Shown: positions 23,757-35,640 of the stretch, in pieces | Numbering within the stretch: position 1 is the stretch's first letter | How the letters are laid out: the number at the start of each line of letters is the position of its first letter | Assembly: GCA_003971905.1 (NCBI GenBank) | Contig: RSEE01000076.1 | Location: forward strand, 186,001 to 250,000 | Direction of reading: 5' to 3' | DNA from: Moniliella sp. 'wahieum' | Lineage: Eukaryota | DNA: 64,000 nucleotides | Position numbers and translations under genes: made by a program | Notes under the pieces: generated by a model | Seen by the model: the letters and a program-made list of their open reading frames with translations, nothing else | What the model was told of the DNA's origin: nothing | Databases searched by the model: none

Positions 23757-25548
23757 TTACTAACACTGCACAAGCGATGGTGCTTAAATTACGTTCTTTG
23801 CTGGTGTCATATACAAATCTGTCCAAAAGCAACAGACCGAAGAGTATTACATTGTAGCGACTTCGTGATCCGGGCGGTTATGGAGACAGCAACTATGGCT
23901 GCTGAAGGCGCTGAAGTATGTACGAAGGACACGATCAGAGTAGGGTAGGCGATCGATTGCGGAGAAATAGGCGTTTGGTGGTAGGATGAGGTCGATCAGG
24001 GCGAGAGGAAGACTACTCAGAAAAAAGAAGACTACTGTAGTTGTCGCTGGGGCTTACGTGGCTGCGCGCGCGCCACCAGCCTTCTCGGAGTCCGCGCAGC
24101 CCCGGGGGCTGGTGAGGCTGAAAGTGCTTAATTCACGACCGATGAAGTCAGCCGCCGCAACAACATGCAGCTAACAGTGAGTAGTGGGCGCCATAGCTAT
24201 AGCGGACCATAGCACTTTTAGTATAGCGCTTAGCGAGCAGCCATTTTTCACAACGTTTTTGTTCACTCCATCACCTCGTCTGTTGCTTTGAGCACCTAGT
24301 TTTGTTTACATGTTGTACCTGTGCATGTATGGCGGATCGCTAGCTGACTTGCTGACCTGCGCCTGCGACTGGCCGCTGTGCGAATATAGGAACAATTGAC
24401 GTGCAGGACATGGACCAAGGGTCTGAGGACCACAGCCCCCTCCGACCAGATCACTTTGATCTTCTTTACACATGCGGGCGCCATGCCAGTATCCCTATCC
24501 TCTCTGGCCTAGTGCCACACTCTCCTTTTAAATTATCCTTTTCTGCTGTTTCTCACTGCCAGGATTCAACGTGCTTAGCGCAGCGCTCAAGCTCAACTCA
24601 GCTCCAGTCTTCCCTTCAAGCTTCACCACTGCATAACTGTTCTTCGGACGTCGCTGGGGAACCACGATCATCGATCAGTAGGACACAGCCTATCGACTAT
24701 TCCCTTTGCATTTGTGTCAATGGAGGGGTATATATACACGTGATTCTGAGGCCGTGGGATTTACACCCAGTGGCGAAAACCCGATCAGGGGTTGGAGACA
24801 AGTTAGTATAGTGGTGTGACGATAACAGGCATAGGGGCAGTGTTGTTGCGTGGCGTTCTGCCGCGCTCTCGCGCACGCGCGCTCAGCCACGCCTGCGCCG
24901 AGCTGCTCCGAATCGGAGTACTGTCCCAGCCTGTGCCGCGGCCACTGCCACGCCAGCTACCCCGCACCAGCACAACACAGAACATACACAGCCATCTGCT
25001 GCCCGTGCGAACAACACGCAGGCGCAGGCCGTTACTCATTTGCAACTTAATTTTGATAATTGCCGCTGCGCGCGCATTGCGGACGGCGGGAAACCATGCG
25101 GGCTTGGTGCAGAAGACGGCCTGCTCTCGCACAGACAGCAGCACGGTAACCTCGTTACATGCATTGCACCGCCTCCCTGCGATGCTTAGATCTGTTGAGA
25201 GGTATGGACTTCTTATACCGGGTCGGGAGATGGCAGGGTATGTACCTGGATGTATACTCCTCGTGCAGCACCGCTTGGCTCCCATGATCGAATGTTAATG
25301 CTGATCTCCTCAACGTGTTCAACCGTTCAGCGTAATAGTAACAGCCTCGCAAACGCCTCATCTCACCGTTTTCAGCGAACGACAGGCGTCCAACCTGCCG
25401 CGCTTTGTGCTCGTTCCATTCGGCTCTCTCTTCAAAACCACCACCACATCTTCTTGCTTGTGTTCTTTTACCGCACGGCTCTTCATCTTCCTTGTCCCCT
25501 GCGCGTGGCCTTTTCTTCTCTCTTCAGTTGTTTTCAAGCCACCATATC

Positions 25549-27054
25549 ATGCTTCTCTTCGCTACTGGGGCCGCATACTCGGTCGTTTACTTGCTCATCC
25601 TTGCCATCGCCATCGCACAAGCATGGGCTGCACCCCAAGCGTCCATTCGGTCGTCCCACCCACAACCTACTTCTTTTTCTGTCCCCCACTCCAAATCGCC
25701 CGAACTCCCGTCGACCAGTCACGATGGGTCGAAGACATGGCCAGGCGCCTGGGCCCCATCGCAGGACGGGTTTTGTTCGAAAATTACTCATCGGCCCCGA
25801 TCTTTTGATATGGGGTTCAACATTGATTTGGTGGCACAGCGTGCACAAGAACTTGCTTCCCACAGCTGGGAGTACGGTGCCAACGCCGAGGCACTTCTGG
25901 AACTATATTCCCCGACTCAAGCCGTCTTTTCCAAGTCATCTTTCCCTCAAGGAACGATTCCGAAGAACGCCCAAGTTTCTAGCACTCCAGCGTTGGCATA
26001 CATTGCGCCCAAGATCTACACTAACAATTCCGACGTTTTATCAACGGGGCTGGTTCCTCGGGTGACCCTTGCTCCTGGGAGTGAGCGCTGTTCTTCTTTC
26101 CTACCATGCGTCCAATGATTCTTCCTACCCACCTGCCCAGGCATATCAAAATGCTGTCCACCGCCAGCTTCACCATCTGTTGGGTGGTGTGCCCCGTTAT
26201 CCTTCGGGTGCGATCAGCTCGCGTGAACATAACCTAGAAATGTGGTCGGACTTTGTCGTACGTTCTGCCTGATACTTTTTGCTGCTTTGAAAAAAAGGTA
26301 ACAAAGATCCTAACAACTTTTCTCTCTTATACCACAGTATATGACGTTCCCTTTCATGGCGTACCAAGCCGCTGCAGCCAACGATACCAGTCTGCTCCAG
26401 CTAACTGTGAGCCAAATACAGTCGTATCAGCAAACACTGGAGTACCACTCACAGGGACCAAACCAATGGAGTCATCCCCAGCTGGCTGGGATTTGGCAGC
26501 ACATTATTGGCGGAGGGGATCGATCTGCGGGTTTGTGGACGACAGGGAATGCTTGGGCGCTTAATGGCCTGCTGCGGGTACTGGCCGTTCTGAAAAACTG
26601 GCCTGGGGCAGCACAACTCAGCTCATCAGCAACCCAAGTCGAGGCATGGTGAACAGTATCTTGAACCCGATCGCCACTTGCTTTGCACAAGCTGGGTGCA
26701 CCATGGTGGATGCACAAACGGGACTGCTCAAGGGCTATTTGGCCGGCGGGCCCCAAGGACCTGACGATAACTCCATCTGGCCTGGGGATGTGGCAGGTAG
26801 CGCAGGGGTAGCCAGTGCCATTTATCGTATGGCCCAGCTGGGTCTGGGCAACAATACCCATCTCACTCTTGCCCACCATCTCCGCACCACGATCTCATCC
26901 AACGGCCATATTGATTCGCAAGGATACGCTTCCCCAGCCATGAACCCTTACGACTGGACTAGCAACGTCTCCACCTCCCGTTCCCCCGAGGCGCAAGCAT
27001 TTGTCGTGCTCATGGGCAGCGTATCGCGGATGTGCGACGACCAAGACTTGCTAA
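25549..27054 (+). CDS. Secreted six-hairpin glycosidase (GH105/GH88-like)
   Basis: Hydrophobic signal-like N-terminus; SWEYGANAEALLEL; GAISSRE..EMWSDFV|YM..PFMAY; GIWQHI..GLWTTGNAWA..G..RV; PAMNPYDW..RSPEAQAFVVL. Confidence 0.75.
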
Positions 27055-28224
27055 GATCGTTGGCGGCTTTTCCTATACTCCATTCCCTTACACTTCTTTG
27101 CCAGGATTTATCATTTTGGCCAACTCCAGGCCCAATATACCGAGCTGGGCTCACTCCTCTTTTGTTGTCCTAATCTCTCTATCTCTGCTGAAGGTCGAGA
27201 TGTAAACTGTCTTTTACCCTGTTGCTCTCTCTGTATATCTTCCATCTCGGGTCTCCCCTTTGTATAGCATCGACGTTCTTGGAGATGCAGCCCCACCCAA
27301 CACCTGGCGTCTTGGCAATTTCCATATTGGGAGAGGACACTCTAAGACTGGATCTTAGTCAAGTGGATCCCGAAGATTCTCGCCTCAAAATGCTGCATGT
27401 GCTGGTCACTATTATATGTGCTGGACACTATATCCGTTGTGGAATCACACATAGTTGGGGCACTGGTCCCTTTTCTCTCTAAACCCCTTTCCCCTCGGTT
27501 ACTGCCTGTGACTACTACTTTGTATGAAGAGGAAAGGCTGAGGCCTGGCTGCCTCTCTCTCTCCTCTTCATCAGCCTCATCATCGAGGTTCACTATGACG
27601 TCTCACAGGGAGATGGGATTGGTCGAAATTAATGATCGACGAGATGGGAGAGACATGTTAACTCTCCCTCGAGCTGGTCTCGGTTGTCTCTCTCTCATCT
27701 GGGCGGCAGCGGAGGCTCCCCATTACGCTCTTTTCCCCCCGGTTTGGCTACTGCGGGTAGGGTGAGAACCTCTATAGTGTTGTGGACGAAACGCTGGGTG
27801 AGTCGTTTGCTCGACGGAACAGCCAATGCGGTGTGCACGTCCGATGGGATCGATGAGGCCATTGATACTGGCAAGGAGGATGCACACCCAAGTTGGGGCA
27901 GCGATGCGTGACGATGCTAAATTGGCGGGTGATGCATGCGGTGCTTAGCTGAGATCAGGCTGATCCTGCTGGTACTGTGGGGCGTGCGTGGACTAAGTAC
28001 TGAGGCGAGTCCTGGACTTCCGCCACTAGCCCTGACTAGCCGCGGCGCCGGCTTCGGAACGGATCCCACCGGCCACCTCTCTAACCGGTGCCCGGTGCCC
28101 CCCCCCACACACCTGGGGAGGAGTAGAGGCGCGGTGGTGCTTTGGGGCATTCTTTCCTTCTTCTGGCACATCACCTCCTTTCCGTTCTCCCTCCCCGCCT
28201 CTGCTCGTCCCCTCCACGATCAAC

Positions 28225-29276
28225 ATGTCTGTTGCGCACGGTATTACTCACGTGGGTGTTGTTGGTGCTGGGCAGATGGGGCTTGGGATTGCGTACGTGT
28301 GCGCGACGCGAGCCAAGGTGGCCCAAGTGAGTGTGTGCGACACGAGTTCGGCGCAGCTGGCCAAGGGCGTCTTTCTTTGAACAGCTCCTGGCCAAGGACG
28401 TGGCCAAAGGCCGAATGACCCAGGAAGACGCCACGGCTGCCCGCGCACGTCTCGTCACCATTGGGGGGATCCCTGAATTTGAAGCGGCCAAGCCTGAGAT
28501 GGTCATCGAGGTCTGTCTTGGTTCTTCCCCTCCCACACGAACAGAGCGAGGGCAAAGGAAGCTAACAACTAACCGTTTTCTTGCATGCAGGCTGCAACGG
28601 AGTCGCTGTCAATCAAAGAAAAGATCTTTACTGCACTCGCTCAGGCCTGCCTCTCCAGACGATTTTGGCCACCAACACTTCCTCCATCAGTGTGACCAAG
28701 ATTGCCGCGGCGGCGGTAGTCCCTTCGCAGACACCGCTGGCCTCTGGTGCTCTCCCAAAGGCCCCGAGCGTGTAGTGGGTCTCCACTTTTTCAATCCGGT
28801 GCCGGTGATGAAATTGGTGGAGCTCATTCCGGCGCTGCAAACGTCGGATGAAGTTTTGGCTCGTGCCAAGGCATTTGCCGAAGCTTGCGGCAAGACAGTC
28901 ACCCAGTCCAAAGATGTCCCTGGCTTTGTTTCGAACCGACTACTGATGCCTTTCATTAACGAGGCCATCATTGCGCTCGAGACTGGAGTGAGCAGCAAGG
29001 AGGATATTGATACCTGCCTCAAGCTTGGCATGGCCCATCCTATGGGTCCTCTTCAGTTGGCCGACTTTATCGGTCTGGACACTTGCCTGTATATCATGCA
29101 AACACTGTATGCCGAAACTGCCGATTCCAAGTACCGCCCTTCCATTCTGTTGGGCCGCATGGTTAATGCCGGTTGGCTCGGGAAAAAGAGCGGCAAGGTT
29201 CGTTCGTTCTTGTGCTGGGCGCTGCGGATGCTGACGATATGTTGGGCTATACAAACAGGGCTTCTACGACTACTAG
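28225..29276 (+). CDS. 3-hydroxybutyryl/3-hydroxyacyl-CoA dehydrogenase
   Basis: VGVVGAGQMGLGIA Rossmann motif; ILATNTSSIS; VGLHFFNPVPVMKLVE; PGFVSNRLLMP; GMAHPMGPLQLADFIGLD; GWLGKKSGK|GFYDY*. Two introns. Confidence 0.93.
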
Positions 29277-29891
29277 TCGACTGCCTTCCAAACTGGCACA
29301 ATGTTATGCCATCAACGCATTCTGTGTACGTCAGCCATAGGATAACAAGATGTCCGTTCCCCCTGAAAGGGGGGGGGGGGGGATTACTGCATGCACAACG
29401 CGATGCACCATAGAACGAGTCGCTGTGAGCAAATTTGCAGCTCTTTTGATGTCACGACTGAAGATACTACTGCTGTCACCCCATCACTGCCTTACACGGC
29501 GTTCTCTCTGCTGTTGTGGATGTTGGCCGGTAATGAATGTTGCTTCTTTTGGACTTCGCTCGAACCGCATGCGCTTTTCTTCACGCGAGAATGGCGGGTC
29601 TCCTGATTGGGCTTGGTCGTGAAATTCGGAACCTGTATTCCTCTCCATCTGTTGCTTACCCCCTGTGCTCGCCATCTGTGACTTCGTGGGCGTCACGCGT
29701 CACCTCGTTCCGTTCTGCCAGGCGGGAAGGTTCGTATTTGGTCGTGCTTCTCGTACCTCTCCAGCGATCTCGGTGTTCTCGGTAATCTCCAAGAGTCGGA
29801 AGAAGAGCGTAAGATGATAACTCCCACGGCAGGCAACCCGGTTTTCGCTGAAGTATGACGCTTTCGCACCCTCATCCTCGTTGGTCTTCTC

Positions 29892-30046
29892 CTCCTCTTC
29901 CTCTTCCTCTTCCTCTTCCTCTTCCTCTTCCTCTTCCTCTTCCTCTTCCTCTTCTCTTCCTCTTCCTCTTCCTCTCCTCTTCCTCTTCCTCTTCCTCTTC
30001 CTCTTCCTCTTCCTCTTCCTCTCCTTCCTCTTCCTTTTCCTCTTCC
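29892..30046. repeat. (CCTCTT)n polypyrimidine hexamer microsatellite
   Basis: About 150 bp of near-perfect CCTCTT repeats. Confidence 0.95.
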
Positions 30047-30734
30047 GAGTTAGGGAGCTACCAAGTCATACCTTCTCCCCAACAGGAGATGGACGAGCGA
30101 TGCAATTAATCTGACTACCCCACAATGCTGTACTCATCCGAGCTCTTCATCCCTGATCTCTGTGCTACAGACCAAGGGGCGGGCAGGACGATTGATGCGT
30201 AGGAGCACACGCTCTACGGCGATTTTGATCCGCACAATGATGCTATCCATTGTGACACGCGCACTCGACTCCCTGCTGCGGGGCGATGATTGACACACGT
30301 GGATCGACTTCGCCGCCCTTTTTTGTCTGAGTTCCCCAGGCTTGGCCGGCTCAAGCCTCACTTTGCCCTGGCCAGTGAAGCGGAGTACAATATGCTTTCG
30401 CTAGAGGCAGTAGAGTGCATGTGCCAACCTGCTCCAATGACTAGTGACTAGAGTGACTGCACTCCGCATCACGAAAACAGCTGGGAGACAAAGGCGAGCC
30501 CCGCTCTGTCATCCATGCTCTTGCCTCCTTTCATTCCGCTCGTGTGGGAGCCACCACGTCGCCTCAACCCGATCCCTCACCTGCATCACCACCATTCAAT
30601 AACATTGATGAAAGAGTACGTGGCTCGAATAGTGTACAGAGGGGTAAGAGGAATAGCTGGGTAAGTAAGGAAAGGTGTGCGCTGCAGAGGGGGATCTTCC
30701 AAAGGCCAGGCGAATGGTCGGTGGGGGACACCGG

Positions 30735-31362
30735 TCACGAGTCAAGCACGAGACAAGGCGCGCCGGTTGAGATCTGAGAAGCGCCGAGGTGGTCTCGTTT
30801 CAAGCGGAGATGGGCTTGAACGAGGTGCTGGACCGGGCTGAGGAGATGTGGGGACGAGTCCTGCCTTGGGAAGGGTGGTGGTTGGGGACAGGGGAAGAGG
30901 AAGACGAGGGAGCGTCGAGGCAAGCAAGGCCTGAGGCCAATTGAGAGAAAAGGGGTTGGTGGGCACCTCGGACGAGGTGGGAGCGGGGCGGCCCGAGGGG
31001 CTCTTGGGAGAGTTGGAGCGGCGCGTCTTGGAGCGAGAGCGGGAAGAGTTGGGCTTGGCCGAGTGAGAGGAGGACAGGGCCTTGCTGCCCTCGTCGGTAT
31101 CCGAGCACGTGGACGGGCCAAGGGGAGCGGGGCAACGTAGGTCATCGAGGCCCTTGATGTGCTGGTGGTAGGCGCCAGACGAGGCTTAGCGCGGTCGCTG
31201 GTGCTGCTGCCGCCACAAAGGCTGGCGCGCTTGTCGGAGGGAGGCGAGGAGGGGGACGAGGAGCGATGCAGGTCCTTGGGGCTGGGGGGGGGCGAGGGCG
31301 ACGAGGAAGGCGGCGATGGCTGCGGCCGCAGATGGCCGAAAAAACGCGCGAGCGGGGGCATG
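30735..31362 (-). CDS. Hypothetical Pro/Ser-rich protein (uncertain)
   Basis: GC-rich coding-like segment from MPPLARFFGHLRPQPSPPSSS; frame switches; no domain recognised. Confidence 0.3.
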
Positions 31363-32702
31363 GGAGCAAGGAGGACCGAGGAGGCCGGGCGGGGGCGCGC
31401 GGGGGGACACGGGAGCAAGTGAGCGGACGGAGCGGGTGTGGTAGGGGCGGAGGTGGGAGCGTCAACCGCACCCAAGGCGCTGGCAAGGGTGGACGAGCGC
31501 TGGCGGCGGGAAGGGTGGGCTGGGCGTGCATGTGATTGGGCATGCTGTGGCATTGGCTGCTGGGCTTGGCGCCAAGCCCAGCAGCTGCTGCGCCGTGCCA
31601 GCCGTGCTGTGTACTGCCTTGCCGGCCCACCTGCGGCCCCGTGCCTCTGCACCGCCGTCCTGGTGCCCACGGCTTGCCAAAGTCTTAGGCTGGCCTGGTG
31701 CCGGTGCCATTACGTCAGCCGCCCATCTCCTTACGCGTTACGGCTGTCCGTTGCCTCGGGGTTTCGCCCAAGTCTCAGCGCTTAGCCTGAGCGCCTGAGC
31801 GCCTCAACCTCCCTCAAGCTTCAAGCCTCCAGTCTCCTCCTCCTCCTCCCGGGTGAGTCCGAAGTGATGCCGGTGATGGACACGACACGAGCAGTGCCCT
31901 GGGCGTTGTTAGTCCCTTGCATATTGATGCGCCTGGCTCCGCTGGGTCGTAGAACGTGTGGATCACTTGATGGCGCACGTGACTGTCCCGTATCACATGT
32001 CACATGCAGTACTCACATGCTGTCACTAAGGCTATAGGAAGAGGAGACGCGCTGCACCATGCACACCATGGCACCACCACACTCGCTCGGCAAACGTTTG
32101 TGAACGAATCGGGCTAACAATCCGCGCAAGGCATGCACTTGCAGCTTGCAGGACGATCCCTGAGGGATCTGAGGCCGAGGCCCGAGGAGATCACCCGGGT
32201 AACCCTAATAAAGGGGAGAGCATATGGTTTCGCGTTACGCGTTAACGTTTCGGTTTAACGTTTAACGTCGAACGCGTTTAACCGAGAGGATATACAGCCT
32301 GTGCTTCCATACATATCAAGGTCAAACTCAACGTGGTATGCTTTACGCGTTACGCTACGGAAGATTGTATACTGGGCAAGGTGGAGAGGAAACACAGTCA
32401 GAGATACAATAGCTTCGTACAAGCTCCTGACGCTAATTTGACATTTGTATGTATAGCGATGTTCTTCTCCCGACGCGGCTCTCCTCCTCTCCCCGGCCCT
32501 GGTCTTCAATGCACGTCCGATGACGCTATTAGTCATGGGAAAGTACTGGTGCGGATGATGAGCCTGGGTCCAATACATGCCTTTTTTGTTTTGGTCGTTT
32601 GCCACGAACCAATATCCCCTCAACTTTTACCTTTTTGGCCTTCTTGATAGCAAGTTTTTGTTGGCATTATAGTTTCTTGGTAACGCCTAAGGTTTCTTGA
32701 TA

Positions 32703-33050
32703 GAAGAGGACGTTCTTCCCTCTGGTTTTGACGAGACGCGAGGATACTACGGTACCAAGACAGCGGGCAAGATATTTGCGCATTGGAAGAATTTGGCTAC
32801 TGAGAGTCTCAATGGAAATGGTTCCTCGCTCGGATGTCTACCACGTTCATCCGTGTCCACACGCGCTTCCTAAGGTACGGGACCGGATGGCGACCACCGG
32901 AGGGTCCTGATATCCTGGCGATCCCCCTGGTTCCTTAATCTTGGTGGCTCTTCCAAGTAACCCCCGCAGATGAACGGTTCGGTTTAGACGTAGCGTTCCC
33001 CCTGTCCCAGCCTTAAGTTCTGTCAATGGTATGGATGCAGAAGAGGATGA
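32703..33050 (+). repeat. Fragment B of the dispersed degenerate coding repeat
   Basis: Reverse-complement homology to about 44345-44685 along its length (e.g. CAAGACAGCGGGCAAGA, TTCATCCGTGTCCACACGC, TGGAAATGGTTCCTC, CTGTCCCAGCCTTAAG). Confidence 0.9.
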
Positions 33051-33765
33051 AGAGAAGACGCCGAAGTATACTACTTACAATTGGGAAATGATCAGGAAAA
33101 TGATGGCTCGAGTCGATTAGGAATCGATCCCTGAATTTCTAGCAACCATCATTCATGCATCATGCATAGTGACCCTGGCACATTGAGCCCCCTTGTCTCC
33201 TATCGCTCTAGCTGTCTACCACACTCCCTATACGATCTTCCCCTACTAACGGCCTCATCCTCTCCTTGAATAGCATCCCCATCTTCCCTCTCTTTCTCTC
33301 TCTCTCAGTCCATTATAACTCTTCACAATGGACCTCATGATTTCGCCTCTTGGCCAGGGAAACGAAACCACAATTTACTCAAAGTTAAGCCTATATAAAC
33401 GGTTGTCCGTCTCGGCATGCCACCATGGTCACCCGTTGCTGCTGTATCGATCATTGACACCCCTGGTCAAGGGACCACCTACGTGTTATCAAAAGCGGTC
33501 CCTACCCACTCGGCCATCGTGTGCAGAACATTCAAAAAGCTACTTCCACAAGCCCCTATGAGGGATGTTACATCTTACATCTTACGCGCGCCAATGGTGA
33601 TGGCGCGACGACAGCGCATCCGGGCATGGAGCTGGAACATATCCATTTTTGAATGCATCGAAAGATGCGGGCATAACAAGGACGTGCAACCGACTACGAT
33701 CCCATACCGAATGGGGATGTTTTTGCCGAACACACACGTCCTTACGAGAGGGCAAAGACAACACC

Positions 33766-34569
33766 TTAGTTGTTCTCGAGGGCAGCAACCGTGGTGCCAG
33801 CGGCCTTGGCACGCTTGCGGAGCTTGTCGGCCGATTTGTTGCCACGGACACCACCGCCCCAGTGGCGGCGGACTCCTCGTACTTGTCAACGTAGTTGGCC
33901 TTGGCCGCCGCGACGAGGTTGGCGAGCTCGCGCTGGTCCTCAGCGCGCACGTCCTGAACCACAGCAATGGCCGCGGTCTTCTTGTGGACCACCTGGCCCA
34001 GACGGGCCTTGCCGCCCTTGACAATGACCCAAGGGATGCCCATCTTGCGGCAGAGCGCGGGCACAGCGACGACGAGCTCAATCGGGTCCACATCGTCGGC
34101 GAGAACGACGAGGGAAGCCTTCTTGGCCTCAATCAGAGCAATGGCGTGGTTCAGACCGTACTTGACAAACAGGGGCTTGCCGTCGGCCTTAGGGTCAGCC
34201 TTCTTGCCGGCCGCGACAATCGGCGGCAACAGCTGCCAGGCGAGCCTTCTTCTCCTGCTTGCTCTCGGGGCGGTACTTGTTGAGCAACTTGAACAGGGCA
34301 GTGGCCGTGTTCTTGTCAAGCGTGTTGCTGAACTGGGCAAGCGCAGGGGGGACCTTCAAGCGCGAGTTGAGGATAACGCGCTGGCGCTGGAGACGAATGT
34401 ACTCGGGCCACTTGACGAAGCGGGTCAGGTCGCGGGCAGGCTGGATGTTCTGGCCAATGCCAAAGTGGCGAGGGCGAGCCTCGAACAGGGGGTTGGCCTG
34501 CTTCTTGCTAGCCGAAGACGCCGCCTTGAGGTTGGACGGGAGCTTGGGGTTCTTCTTGGAGGGCGCCAT
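33766..34569 (-). CDS. RPL8: 60S ribosomal protein eL8 (L8/L7a)
   Basis: [90 protein letters not shown]. Confidence 0.97.
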
Positions 34570-34904
34570 TGTTGTTGCTAGCAGGGTCGGGGACAAGAAC
34601 GAGAGTAGGGGCAAAGCAGACAAGAGTAAGGAAACACTTGCGTAACCCTAAACAATGTGAACTGCGGCCATTTTACGCCGCTTATTTTCACCCATAACTA
34701 GGGTTGGTTGATTCCGGACCCAAGTGCTAGTGAGCCACATTCTGTTTTGAAAGTTGCACAGCACGGGGTTCCGGCCCCGTCGGCTTTTGGTTCCTTCTGA
34801 AGAGGTTGGTGCCACAGAGGTATTGGACCGCAGGGATGGCACGGTGGCGGTCCTGATGCAACAAAAACGGTTTCGTCAAGTCTCCTACACGGTCATGCTG
34901 GGCA

Positions 34905-34905
<1 letters not shown>

Positions 34906-34934
<29 letters not shown>
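34906..34934. repeat. Poly-G run of about 29 nt
   Basis: Read directly; length is unreliable in long-read data. Confidence 0.85.
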
Positions 34935-34936
<2 letters not shown>

Positions 34937-35640
34937 ATGTGCGGAGTGTCAGTCGAGGGCGATGATCGGTGAGAGGAAGAGAATAGTGCAAAGGAGGGAG
35001 AGCAACACATGTTGCGGAGACGTGGAAGCCAGTATTGCAATTGAATACGATTTCGCGCGCCTCCGTCCTGTGCCCTTGAGGGTGACGTGATTTACGTGTA
35101 GAAAACAGCAGCGGTCTGCCTCATGCTACCACCTGTCGCTTGTTCCCCCCATCTTCCATACGTCCTGGGCCAGCAAGAGGGTATGGATACTCCATACCCT
35201 GCTTTTCTGGTTCATCTCGTTGCGCACAGGTTATGTGTTGAGACGACACCACCTTGTGCGTACGGTAATCGCGCGGGGCACAGCGGCACATGCAGAATTC
35301 TATAATCCGATCGAGACGTGTTCGCACTGTTGTCCTCAGTGCTGCGTTTCCTCACTCTCCTTCGGCATGTATGTGTGCGATGAAGGGGGCACACGAGCGT
35401 GAGGATCGGTTCTTGTTCTGCTTCCTTGCATGCCCCGTATGCAGATTTGGACGTAGTTGCAGGCCAAGATACATAGTATGCCCTCTTGTTAGCTGGTCTA
35501 ATCTTTCGACACTCGGACAGTCGCACTGGGTTAGAAAATCTCATCCCGCCCGTGTGCGTTGCTTGATACATCGAAACATCTACTGACTCTGCCTCTGTTA
35601 GCTCTGTCCAGCCCGAAGCCGCACCAGAGACTACGATGAT

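Noticed and set aside
29274..29345. Cryptic PTS1 by stop-codon readthrough in the hydroxyacyl-CoA dehydrogenase (also inspected for PRO1 and GAD1)
   Set aside because: No TGA-CTA readthrough context, and no SKL-like tripeptide seen in the extension.
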